From Candidatus Avelusimicrobium sp. (GTDB lineage: Bacteria; Elusimicrobiota; Elusimicrobia; Elusimicrobiales; Elusimicrobiaceae): a stretch of DNA of 64,000 nt. Position 1 is the stretch's first letter, and the number at the start of each line of letters is the position of its first letter. The notes under the pieces were generated by a model. That model was not told the DNA's origin and ran no database searches. It saw nothing but the letters and a program-made list of their open reading frames with translations. The stretch spans positions 1,697-65,696 of the forward strand of contig NZ_JBJEGE010000002.1 of assembly GCF_051874775.1 (NCBI RefSeq). The letters run 5' to 3'. The translations under genes and the position numbers were made by a program. Positions 25,810-34,711 of this stretch are shown here, piece after piece.

Positions 25810-27255
25810 CTATGCCGCTGCGGCCCCAAATCCTAAGAACTTCCCAACAGCCTTATAGGCAGATTTAAAAGCACTGGACCAGAAGAACGAAGCCCAAACG
25901 CCGCCAATTAACAGAGGAGTCACAATGTAAACAGCGGTTGTTATACCTTCACCGCCCCAAGTTTTTGCAAATTTGATAGCTTTTGCTAATGCAACGAGTA
26001 AAATGGCAGTTGCTGCAGCCGCCACAATTAGCGCAACTAGCGGCACGCCAAAAATTTTAATATGTTTCAAAGAAGGAATTGCAAGCATTGCCCCTATCGC
26101 CGTCAGAATAGAACTCCATAACCAAGTCTTTAAATTACTTCTGTCTTGGTCGCGTTTCATAGCATCACTATCAATACCTGCCCCCCAGCTCTTAATACCG
26201 CGCAGATTAGTGTCATAATCGCTCTCAAAATCTTTAGATCCCTGTCCCTGCCCCGTAGTCACGTTATCAGTAGAAATTATCATCCCACCAGAAACTTTAG
26301 TACTCGCTAAAAAGGCGCGAGCCCCTTCCACGGCAGAACGGTTTCTGTTTTTCGCGGCATCAGCGGAACGACGGCGAATAAACTCTAAATCATTAGCCTC
26401 TTTGGTGCTGCGGCCTTTTCTTACCGAAGCATTTCGGCTTTCGCCCAGACCATCGCTGCCAAAAGAAGCGCGTCCGCGAATGCGGGCCCCTTCCATCATC
26501 CCCGCCGCTTGCGCCCGGGCGGAAGCCATCACATCGCCGGCCTGTGCTAAAGCGTCCACCGACGAAATATTTTTACCCGCATTTTTGCCGCTGTCCTGCA
26601 CGGAAAAAGAGGAATTGAAAGAGTTGCCAGATGAGCCGCCGGTTGCGGAAGAAGAACCCCAATTTTTAGAAGCGCTGGCCAAAGCAGGCAGCCCTTTCTG
26701 AGCCTCCCCGCCAGACGCAGCCGCTTGAGATTGCTGTTGGGCTTGCTGCTGCGCTCTGGAAATCATATCCGTAACGCCCGCCATATTCTGCGTCATAGCG
26801 GCCATAGGGTTATTTTTTAAATCTAATTCATTGGCCATATTCGCCCCTGTGCCTAACCCTTCCGTTCCGCCCATTTGATAGGCTTGGGTAGGTGCAGCAG
26901 CCGCGGCGGAATAATCCGGAGCATATTCAGCCATTTCCACTTCAGCTTGACGCGCCATTTCTTGCTGTTCCAAGCGTTTAAATGTGTTGGTAGAAATCTG
27001 CACAGAGGATGAGGATTCCCCTCCCCCCGCATACGAACCGCCCGCGTAAGAGCCCGTATTCGCCCCCGCCACATACACCACTTCACCAGGGTTATAAACC
27101 GCCGGAGTAAATGTATTATTCGTTTCCGCGGGGGAACCTAAATACTGCCAAGCGGCAACACCCGCTACGCCAACGACAGCAGAGAGCCCTACCGTCTGCA
27201 TAGCGGAAAGAGCCATCTTTCCAGCCCTGCACCTTATCCATTTAAAGATATTCAT
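25810..27255 (-). CDS. Orphan polytopic membrane protein, Ser/Gly/Ala/Gln-rich (481 aa); paralog of 23935-25512
   Basis: AGGAGG RBS. Same architecture as its paralog; conserved block SADAAKNRNRSAVEGARAFLAST; C-terminal TM bundle. Confidence 0.75.
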   Translation of the reverse strand: MNIFKWIRCRAGKMALSAMQTVGLSAVVGVAGVAAWQYLGSPAETNNTFTPAVYNPGEVVYVAGANTGSYAGGSYAGGGESSSSVQISTNTFKRLEQQEMARQAEVEMAEYAPDYSAAAAAPTQAYQMGGTEGLGTGANMANELDLKNNPMAAMTQNMAGVTDMISRAQQQAQQQSQAAASGGEAQKGLPALASASKNWGSSSATGGSSGNSFNSSFSVQDSGKNAGKNISSVDALAQAGDVMASARAQAAGMMEGARIRGRASFGSDGLGESRNASVRKGRSTKEANDLEFIRRRSADAAKNRNRSAVEGARAFLASTKVSGGMIISTDNVTTGQGQGSKDFESDYDTNLRGIKSWGAGIDSDAMKRDQDRSNLKTWLWSSILTAIGAMLAIPSLKHIKIFGVPLVALIVAAAATAILLVALAKAIKFAKTWGGEGITTAVYIVTPLLIGGVWASFFWSSAFKSAYKAVGKFLGFGAAAA

Positions 27256-27273
27256 AAATTCCTCCTAAAATCC

Positions 27274-28779
27274 TTATTTTTTCCCCATACAACGATCAAA
27301 ACAAGCCGCCTGATCTTCATAACCTTGACACGCACTAATACACTCCGCACGGCTGGAAGTAGATTGTGAAGAAGTTGACTGAGAAGAACGGCTATTTCTC
27401 TTTACAGGGGCTGCAGTTACCCCACCGTTTGATCCCCCATTTACCGCTCCACTAAACGCCTGCGTGATTACGCTGCCTTGTGTGGCCCAAAAATTATTGT
27501 CATAGCTCTCTGCCCGTCGCTTAGTATACACCTCGTGTGCTTCCGGATACTGTTCCCAAGCTTTTTTAACATCACTCCGCCAATCTTTATAGGATGTGGG
27601 CGGTTCCATGCCGGAAGGGACAGAACCCCCGTTAGACGTCAAACTCGTATATTTTGCTGAACTCTCGCCATAAGCCAAATCATAGGCATCGCTAATTGTC
27701 ATTTGTTTCAAATCTTTCCCAGCTAAAGCCCCCCCGTCTTTGAACGCATCAGGAAACTTGTCCCGTAAATCTGCCTGAAACTTATCAGCGGACATCCCGT
27801 CAATAGCCTTATTTCCAGCGCGGTTTGCTTGCAAATTTGCCAAGCTGTCCATCGCATAATTAAGGCCGATCTGCACGCCGGCATTTAACAAGTTCTGCCC
27901 CAACTGTTCCCAAAAACTAGTTTCATTGTTCAAATTATTTAAGAAATTCTTTTTATCATCGCCCCCTTTATTGGCCGCATCTGAAACGGCTTGATCCAAA
28001 TTACTCAAATCCGCTGAAGAAACTGGAGCGTTGGTATCTAAATTCAGTCCGCTTGCCTTACTCATATCCACACCGGAATCAGTAAACGCTTCACTTCCTT
28101 TAATCCCACCACCCATCAATGCACGTTTAGCGTTGGCATTGCGGTTATCTTTAAGCCCCGCAGCCGCACGACTGGACCGCGCAAATTGCGAAAGTGCTTT
28201 CTGCGCATCCGCATTTTTTAATTGGTACTGGATTTCCGATCCTTTCTCTTGGCTTTTATAAGGAGAAAAATCCCCCCTGGGAGCGCCGAAAGTACTGCTC
28301 ACGCCGCTGCCACCCGCGCGGCCCATACTGGCCGAACCGAGCGACCCTACCTGCGTGGGCGATCCGCCGCCCGCACCGCCGCCACGGCCGGAATAGCCGC
28401 GGGAGGTATACCCCCCTGAAGAATACGCGGAATCCGAATCTGCGCTTTCCTCTGACGCCTCCTCCTCGGCATCCGCTTCTTGGCGTGCTTCCTTTTCTTC
28501 TTGGCTGTAAAGCATCGCGGCGCCGTTATTTTGCATATCCGGATACTTGGAAGCCAATAGATATTCTTCCGCTTCGTCATTTACAAAGGGCATCTGCGCC
28601 AAATCATACCCGCGGGTATTAAATCCGTCAAAAGAAGTATCTTCCGCATCTCCCAAAAAAGAAGCCAGCGTAATCAGCGCAATTATACAAACCACCACCA
28701 CAGCTCCCCACGTGTAAGCTTGTTTTTTGTCCATTGTATTTATTTTTTGAAATACATTGCCCGGCTTTAACTTAAACAT
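27274..28779 (-). CDS. Orphan membrane-anchored Ser/Gly-rich protein (501 aa)
   Basis: Start MFKLKPGN has an AAGGGG RBS; the track start at 28842 would lie ~20 nt from the predicted TSS. One TM (WGAVVVVCIIALITLASFLG), an acidic then G/S-rich region, and the C-terminal Cys motif AECISACQGYEDQAACFDRC. Confidence 0.7.
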   Translation of the reverse strand: MFKLKPGNVFQKINTMDKKQAYTWGAVVVVCIIALITLASFLGDAEDTSFDGFNTRGYDLAQMPFVNDEAEEYLLASKYPDMQNNGAAMLYSQEEKEARQEADAEEEASEESADSDSAYSSGGYTSRGYSGRGGGAGGGSPTQVGSLGSASMGRAGGSGVSSTFGAPRGDFSPYKSQEKGSEIQYQLKNADAQKALSQFARSSRAAAGLKDNRNANAKRALMGGGIKGSEAFTDSGVDMSKASGLNLDTNAPVSSADLSNLDQAVSDAANKGGDDKKNFLNNLNNETSFWEQLGQNLLNAGVQIGLNYAMDSLANLQANRAGNKAIDGMSADKFQADLRDKFPDAFKDGGALAGKDLKQMTISDAYDLAYGESSAKYTSLTSNGGSVPSGMEPPTSYKDWRSDVKKAWEQYPEAHEVYTKRRAESYDNNFWATQGSVITQAFSGAVNGGSNGGVTAAPVKRNSRSSQSTSSQSTSSRAECISACQGYEDQAACFDRCMGKK

Positions 28780-28868
28780 AAAAACCCCTTTACATAATAA
28801 TATAAATAACTCTCGTTGACCCATACCCGCAGGTATACTCAAACAAAGAGTTTTTAGCTTACTTCTTT

Positions 28869-28897
28869 AGTATAGGCAGAAAATACGCATTTGTCAA
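28869..28897 (-). promoter_or_regulatory. Near-consensus sigma70 promoter in front of the orphan five-gene operon
   Basis: Minus strand: TTGACA, 17 nt, TATACT. Confidence 0.7.
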
Positions 28898-28943
28898 GAC
28901 GTTTTAACCCAATTTACATCAAAACGCCAAAACCGCACACAGC

Positions 28944-29495
28944 CTATTTGTCTTCAGGACGCATATACGGCATCGGACGGTCGTTATGGCCCACATATTT
29001 AATAATATTCACTTCACCGCCAGTCTCACACAGAAAAGCATACCCCTTCAAACACTTATCGTCGATTTCGCACACCTTGTCTTTATTATACTTACACAAA
29101 AAAGGAATACGCGGCGGCTTCGTGCGCGCGGTAATGGTAATTTTTACCCACGTACCTGAAACATTGACATCCATCTTTAAGCTATTTAAGCTTAAAAATT
29201 TCTTTATACCCGGGTTATCAAAACCCAAATAATTTTCCACTTTTTTTTGAATATCTTTTATCAAAAAGCGCCTGTCCCACGTGTTTGCATAATAATCCGT
29301 TTGGTGGGATTGCAGCTGAAAACGACGGGCCGCATAGTATCCGGCAATTTCCAATTTTTGGTTTAAAATCAAAAGTCCAAAAATTTTGATAACAAACAGA
29401 ATGAAAATTACAAAAAGTGGAAACAGCAGTACGGTTTCTGTAGTCGCCTGTCCTTTTCGGGAGTAAAAAAAACACATTAATTTGTTCATCATCAT
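28944..29495 (-). CDS. TadE-like pseudopilin
   Basis: N-terminus MMMNKLMCFFYSRKGQATTETVLLFPLFVIFILFV matches the TadE/TadF pattern (G-x-x-x-x-E plus a hydrophobic helix). The ATGATGATGA start overlaps the upstream stop. Confidence 0.65.
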   Translation of the reverse strand: MMMNKLMCFFYSRKGQATTETVLLFPLFVIFILFVIKIFGLLILNQKLEIAGYYAARRFQLQSHQTDYYANTWDRRFLIKDIQKKVENYLGFDNPGIKKFLSLNSLKMDVNVSGTWVKITITARTKPPRIPFLCKYNKDKVCEIDDKCLKGYAFLCETGGEVNIIKYVGHNDRPMPYMRPEDK

Positions 29496-30595
29496 GGTTC
29501 CAGCTTGATACCGTATTTCGGTAACGGATGTGGCCATACGCAATTATTGTCCGAACGGGGGCAAATTAACTGCACGCGGGTACGGACATACGGTTTATAT
29601 TTTTGCTCTAAATTAATATTAAAATGGTTTCTGGGTAATTTAAAAGATTGTTTTAATAGAACGCCGCGCGATAAAGTGCGCAGTTTACCTAAGGAGGCCG
29701 GATTCAAATAGGCAAATTGATAGAGTCCCTCTCCATCTAAAAGCTCCCGAGCAGACAATTCTACAGGAAAGGCCCCTCCGTGGTGGTCTTCTTTAGTCGT
29801 GGCTTCCGAAAGGAAGAATTTTATTTTTTCCAATTCAAACGGAGTAGTAGACAAAGACATAAACTGCCGCAGTTGCGCCGCACTCTGACGCGCACACTCA
29901 GAACGCTTACAATCGTTGACATTTAAATAATATGCTTCGCGAAACATAACCGCATTTTTACTCAATTCTTGATAAACGTACGTTTGCGATTTATAAATAG
30001 ACCCAACACGAGCATACGTTGTCAAATAATTGACCAAAGCCGGTATGCCCACGCCTTCCCCTGGGAAATAATAGTTTTTGACCAAAGCCTGACTGACAAG
30101 GGGAACAACCTCGCTTGGAACCGCCGGCTTCTCTTTCATCCAATCTTTACGCGAAAGATTCGATAACTCCCCCTCATAATAGTTCACACCCCAATCCGTT
30201 GACTCCGCCGGAGGCGGATTATTAATACCCGTTTCATAATCCGGCCCAATAGAAGGTACTCCGCCGCCTTTATAAAAAATATCAAACACGCTGATTTGGG
30301 TACCATCGTGTTCTTTTTGGTTTAATTTCTGATTGGCTTCCTGCTTCATTACGCGGTACGGAAGCGGGCCGTTTACCATTGCTACCGCATTTAAATATGT
30401 ACTGGCGGAGGACATTTGGGAATACGCCGCGTTATCCAAAGCAAATTGCTGACGGATCTTGGTCATGGATACCTTGGCGGTTTCAAACAACAAATAGATT
30501 ACCAGCACGAAAATAGGCGCCAAAAGAACCGAAGGCAGCAAAATTTGCGCCTTACGGTCTTGTAATTTCCAAATACACCGGCGGAGTATTTTCAT
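29492..30595 (-). CDS. TadG-like / Flp-pilus-assembly protein with pilin-like N-terminal helix
   Basis: N-terminus ..DRKAQILLPSVLLAPIFVLVIYLLFETAKV.., 367 aa. Located right after an flp gene. The family assignment is tentative. Confidence 0.5.
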   Translation of the reverse strand: MKILRRCIWKLQDRKAQILLPSVLLAPIFVLVIYLLFETAKVSMTKIRQQFALDNAAYSQMSSASTYLNAVAMVNGPLPYRVMKQEANQKLNQKEHDGTQISVFDIFYKGGGVPSIGPDYETGINNPPPAESTDWGVNYYEGELSNLSRKDWMKEKPAVPSEVVPLVSQALVKNYYFPGEGVGIPALVNYLTTYARVGSIYKSQTYVYQELSKNAVMFREAYYLNVNDCKRSECARQSAAQLRQFMSLSTTPFELEKIKFFLSEATTKEDHHGGAFPVELSARELLDGEGLYQFAYLNPASLGKLRTLSRGVLLKQSFKLPRNHFNINLEQKYKPYVRTRVQLICPRSDNNCVWPHPLPKYGIKLEP

Positions 30596-30596
30596 A

Positions 30597-30773
30597 TCAG
30601 CTGGTCAACAACATTCCAATAAAGGAAAAGAAAAAACGCACAATATGCGTGTTAAACGCGGTTAAAAAGGCTGCCAGAACAACAACTATCGTCGCGAGCA
30701 TAAGCACATACTCGATAGTTGCCTGTCCTTTCTGTTGAACCAAAAACACTTTATGCGGCCTTTTTAAACACAT
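30597..30773 (-). CDS. flp: Flp-family type IVb pilin (58 aa; below the ORF-track cutoff)
   Basis: My hand translation: MCLKRPHKVFLVQQKG|QATIEYVLMLATIVVVLAAFLTAFNTHIVRFFFSFIGMLLTS. Contains the Flp motif G-xxxx-EY plus a hydrophobic helix. AGGA lies 10 nt upstream. Confidence 0.8.
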   Translation of the reverse strand: MCLKRPHKVFLVQQKGQATIEYVLMLATIVVVLAAFLTAFNTHIVRFFFSFIGMLLTS

Positions 30774-30785
30774 TGAAAATTATTC

Positions 30786-31469
30786 CTATTCTTCGTCGGA
30801 AATTACCGTCCCTTCCGACGAAATCAGCCCTTTTTCAATGGCTTTTACCACCGCTTCCGTACGGCTGGAAACACCCAATTTATGAAAAGCACTGTTCAAA
30901 TGGTTTTTAATCGTTTTGACGCTGCAATTAAGTTCTTTAGCAAGTTCTTTATTACTCAGCCCTTTACCCAAGTAGTCCATTACCTTAATTTCGGTTTTGG
31001 TCAGCGTGGCTTGGGTAGGCATTCCGCCGTCGCCCATTCTGCGAAGCCCGTGTAAGAGCTTACCCATTAATTGCTGCGGAATCATCAACCCTTCGGTTGT
31101 AAATGTTTTAATGGAATTAACGAGTTCCACCGCCGGAAGCATTTTGGACAAGTAACCATTGGCCCCCGCTTGAATGGCGTCCAGAACGTGGGCTTCGTCC
31201 TCAAAACTGGAAAGCATCAGCACATTGACTTCGGGGCAGGAGGAACGGATTTGGCGGGTGGCATTAATACCATCCATTTTGGGCAGCTTAATATCCATCA
31301 ACACTACGTCAGGCTTAAGCTTTTTGGCCTTGGCTACTGCCTCCAAGCCGTCAGCAGCTTCGCCAACGACTTCAATCCACTTTTCTCCGGTCAGTACGTC
31401 TTTAATCCCTTCCCGAAACAGCGTTTGGTCATCCGCAATCAGCACCGTCACTTTTTTCTTTTTATTCAT
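30786..31469 (-). CDS. NarL/LuxR-family response regulator
   Basis: Receiver VLIADDQTLFREGI..VVLMDIKLPKMDG. C-terminal HTH LTKTEIKVMDYLGKGLSNKELAKELNCSVKTIKNHL. GGGAG RBS for the ATG at 31469. Confidence 0.9.
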   Translation of the reverse strand: MNKKKKVTVLIADDQTLFREGIKDVLTGEKWIEVVGEAADGLEAVAKAKKLKPDVVLMDIKLPKMDGINATRQIRSSCPEVNVLMLSSFEDEAHVLDAIQAGANGYLSKMLPAVELVNSIKTFTTEGLMIPQQLMGKLLHGLRRMGDGGMPTQATLTKTEIKVMDYLGKGLSNKELAKELNCSVKTIKNHLNSAFHKLGVSSRTEAVVKAIEKGLISSEGTVISDEE

Positions 31470-31498
31470 TGAGTATACTCCCATAACGTTGTTAAATC

Positions 31499-32620
31499 TT
31501 AAGCATTGGCAATCGGCAGCGTAAAGTTAAACGACGCCCCTTTGCCGAGTCCGTCACTTTGCGCCCAAATGCGCCCGTCGTGGTTGGCCACAATATCCTT
31601 GGCAATAGACAACCCAAGTCCTAAGCGCCCTACGCGGTCCTTCGCTCCCACTTGAATAAAACTCGTAAACAAGTTGGGCGCCTGTTCGGGTTCAATACCA
31701 TCTCCTGAATCCACTACCGACACTTTAGCATTTTTTTCATCTATTTTGCTAACAACAATTCCAATCGTTCCATTATCCGGCGTGTGACGCACAGCATTTT
31801 CAAGCAAATTGGAAATTACCTGACGAATTCGTTTTTCGTCCGCAAACACCGGCACCGCACCGCAGCTTTCAAACGTAACAAGAATGTTACGCTTGGCAGC
31901 TTTGGCTTTAAAAATTTCGGCCGTTTTCTTTAAACTTTCCGTCAGTTCAAAATGGTTTTTCTCAATACGGAGTTTGCCTTTTTCAATGGCGGCCCAGTCC
32001 ACCAAGTCTTTAATCAAATGTTCAATTTGTGCAACGGATTCATCCATAAACATCATTTTTTTCTGTTGGTCATTATCAGGCGTCATTTTCTTTTTCAACA
32101 TATCAAAGCTCATTTTAAGCGTCATCAGCGAGTTGGATAAGTCGTGCGACACAATGGAAAAAAATTTGGATTTCATATTGTTTAACCGGTCCAAATCTTC
32201 ATTACGCGTTTTGAGCTGGGCAAGCAGCGCTTTGTTGCTTTCTTCCAAGAAATACTTGTCAAGTGCGCGGTTGATACTGCGTTTTAAATAATCAAAATCC
32301 ACGGGTTTGATTAAAAAGTCGTAGACGGATTCTTGGAGCGCTTCCATAATGGCGTTAATGGACGCGTAAGCCGTAATCATAATAATTTGCGAATCTTGAT
32401 TGAACGCGCGAATCTTGCGGATAAGCTCCAACCCCGTATCATCGGGCAAGTTATAATCCATCAGAATCACATTAAAAAACTCGCTGGAGCAAAGCTCCAA
32501 ACATTCGGCAGAGCTTCCCGCTTGATAAACTTTATACCCCTCAATTTCGAGCAAATCCACCAGTGTTTCGCGCAGATTATTATCGTCATCTACGACCAAA
32601 ATTTTAATTTGTTTCTCCAT
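31499..32620 (-). CDS. Hybrid receiver-histidine kinase (REC-HisKA-HATPase)
   Basis: ILVVDDDNNLRETL..ILMDYNLPDDTG; H-box FFSIVSHDLSNSL; G-boxes DSGDGI, GLGLSIAKDIV. Start overlaps the upstream kinase gene by 17 nt. Confidence 0.9.
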   Translation of the reverse strand: MEKQIKILVVDDDNNLRETLVDLLEIEGYKVYQAGSSAECLELCSSEFFNVILMDYNLPDDTGLELIRKIRAFNQDSQIIMITAYASINAIMEALQESVYDFLIKPVDFDYLKRSINRALDKYFLEESNKALLAQLKTRNEDLDRLNNMKSKFFSIVSHDLSNSLMTLKMSFDMLKKKMTPDNDQQKKMMFMDESVAQIEHLIKDLVDWAAIEKGKLRIEKNHFELTESLKKTAEIFKAKAAKRNILVTFESCGAVPVFADEKRIRQVISNLLENAVRHTPDNGTIGIVVSKIDEKNAKVSVVDSGDGIEPEQAPNLFTSFIQVGAKDRVGRLGLGLSIAKDIVANHDGRIWAQSDGLGKGASFNFTLPIANA

Positions 32621-34502
32621 AATTGGTATCTCCGGGTTTTCTGTAAATTTTCAGATAAATTTGAAAGCAAGTTCCTTTTCCGATTTCACTTTTAATAAAG
32701 AGTTTTCCTTGATGACGCGCAATGGCCTTGCCCACTACGGCTAAACCAAGCCCTGTCCCACGCGCCTTGGTGGTAAAAAACGGCGCAAACATTTTACGGC
32801 GGACTTCCTCGGAAATCCCGTGCCCCGTATCCGACACAAAAATACACACCAGCCGGTGCCCAATACGGGTACCCACCGTCAGCGTACCGGATCCCTGCAT
32901 TGCTTCCACCGCATTAGCAATCACGTTACGGAATGCCTGTTTGATTTCTTCCGCATCCACCTTAATCCGTACACTCTCTTGTTCAATTTCATCCCGCACA
33001 GTAATACCTGCGGGCACAGGCTGTGAAAGCAGAATTTCGCGCAAATAACTGTTCAAATCAATCGTACTCAACATCAGCTCGCGCGTACGCGCATAACCCA
33101 GTACCTCGCTGATGATACTGTTAGCCTGTTTAATTTCAGCCTCAATAATACCGAATTGCTTAGCCGCCTTGGGGGTGGGAGAAGGCACCAATACTTTTAA
33201 TAAACGTGTGGCATTGCTGATTACCGCCAGCGGATTGCGGATTTCGTGGCTGATAATGGAAGCCATTTGGCCAATGGCAGCCAACCGTTCGGTTTTTACC
33301 AGTTCGCTGCTCGCTGCTTTTAATTCACGCGTACGTTCTTCTACGCGTTTTTCGAGCTCTTGATTCACGCGCGAAAGTTCACGCTGCGCGCTTAAAAGCT
33401 CCATACGGCGCGCCCGCAATCCCTCTGACATTTGCACCACCGCCTGTGCCAATTCTCCAATTTCGTTATTGGGAAATTCCAAGTCAGACTTTTTAATCAC
33501 CACATCCTCTTCATCCCGCAGCCGCACGGAGGCCTTGCGGAGCCGCTCCAACGGACGCGTAATGGGAACAATAACCAAATAACTCACTCCCAACACAAAA
33601 AGAAGCATTCCCAGCACAACAAACATCACATCCCAAGAAGGGTAAAACGTACTCTGTAAAAACAGCTGCGAAGCTAAATTAGCCGGCTGATCCACATATA
33701 CTTTCCAACCTGCCAAGTCTAGCGCCGCCGAAGCCACCAGAATTTTTTTACCGTCGGAAAGTTTTACTTCGCCGCTAGTTTTTTCCCCCAGTTGTGCTTC
33801 AATTCTGCGCACTTTCTGCATCAGTTCCGGCGGCACGTTACGGGCCAGCCCGTTGGGAGCGCCGTTATACGAAATAATTTCCCCGTTAGACGTAACAAGC
33901 ATCGCTTCCATATCCAAAGGATACGCCTGCGACAAGGCAATTCCCATCTCCCTCAAATCCAGTTCAGCCACCAAAACCCCCCGCACCTTTTGGTCATACA
34001 AATGTTCCAGCACGGGAAAGGCCAACAACAAAAACAAATCATTCGGACCCAAACGGTATACGTTTCCGATATAATCTTTGCCTTGTTTCACACAAGTATC
34101 CAAAATATCGGCTAAAACTTTTTGGTACTCAAAAGACGCGGCTGACGTACCGGAAGAAAATACTTTTTTACCGGATGTGTCCAAGGCCGCTAAGTAAAAA
34201 ATAGACGGATTGCGTCGGCGCAAATAATCCAAATCGGGTTGGTTTAAAAAATCGTGTCCGCCCAAATCAGTATGCAAGTCAGTAAATACGGAAAAAAGCC
34301 GAGAAGTATGGGAGATGTGAAGTAAAGCCGACGTAGCCAAACGGCGGGCAACGGTTTCTTGTTTTTGCAGAATCTCGTTTTTTAAAATAAGGCTGTCTAC
34401 GCGCATTACGTGAAACCCGATAATACAGGTCAACACTGCCGAAATAAGAATCAGCACAAAAACCGCTTTAAAGAATAATCCGCGAAATCTTCTTATTTGC
34501 AT
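32604..34502 (-). CDS. Sensor histidine kinase (TM - periplasmic sensor - TM - HAMP - HisKA - HATPase)
   Basis: H-box ASIISHEIRNPLAVI, N-box NVIANAVEAM, G-boxes DTGHGI, GTGLGLAVVGKAI. Confidence 0.9.
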   Translation of the reverse strand: MQIRRFRGLFFKAVFVLILISAVLTCIIGFHVMRVDSLILKNEILQKQETVARRLATSALLHISHTSRLFSVFTDLHTDLGGHDFLNQPDLDYLRRRNPSIFYLAALDTSGKKVFSSGTSAASFEYQKVLADILDTCVKQGKDYIGNVYRLGPNDLFLLLAFPVLEHLYDQKVRGVLVAELDLREMGIALSQAYPLDMEAMLVTSNGEIISYNGAPNGLARNVPPELMQKVRRIEAQLGEKTSGEVKLSDGKKILVASAALDLAGWKVYVDQPANLASQLFLQSTFYPSWDVMFVVLGMLLFVLGVSYLVIVPITRPLERLRKASVRLRDEEDVVIKKSDLEFPNNEIGELAQAVVQMSEGLRARRMELLSAQRELSRVNQELEKRVEERTRELKAASSELVKTERLAAIGQMASIISHEIRNPLAVISNATRLLKVLVPSPTPKAAKQFGIIEAEIKQANSIISEVLGYARTRELMLSTIDLNSYLREILLSQPVPAGITVRDEIEQESVRIKVDAEEIKQAFRNVIANAVEAMQGSGTLTVGTRIGHRLVCIFVSDTGHGISEEVRRKMFAPFFTTKARGTGLGLAVVGKAIARHQGKLFIKSEIGKGTCFQIYLKIYRKPGDTNYGETN

Positions 34503-34656
34503 ACACCGCTCTTTTCTTTCCGCCTAACAAAACACCCGTACCTTACGGAGAAGCACTCCGGCCGACACGAAAACAATCCGCACGCGCGAGGCTGCTTATA
34601 GAGGATTTTTAACGGAAAGACGCTATTTCGTCCGTCCGCTAAAAAGTCTCCTTCTT

Positions 34657-34690
34657 TGGAAAACGGGGGCCAGAAGAATTCCAGCCCCCG
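34657..34690 (-). terminator. Rho-independent terminator ending the tad core operon
   Basis: CGGGGGC-N13-GCCCCCG; on the minus strand it is followed by TTTTCC. Confidence 0.6.
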
Positions 34691-34711
34691 CCTTCTGCCA
34701 AAATTGTTTTA

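Noticed and set aside
18343-28779. Interpreting the orphan module as a type IV secretion/conjugation apparatus (VirB6/VirB8/VirB10-like membrane proteins)
   Set aside because: There is no VirB4/VirD4/VirB11 ATPase, relaxase, lytic transglycosylase or VirB2-type pilin. The similarity is only in general topology.
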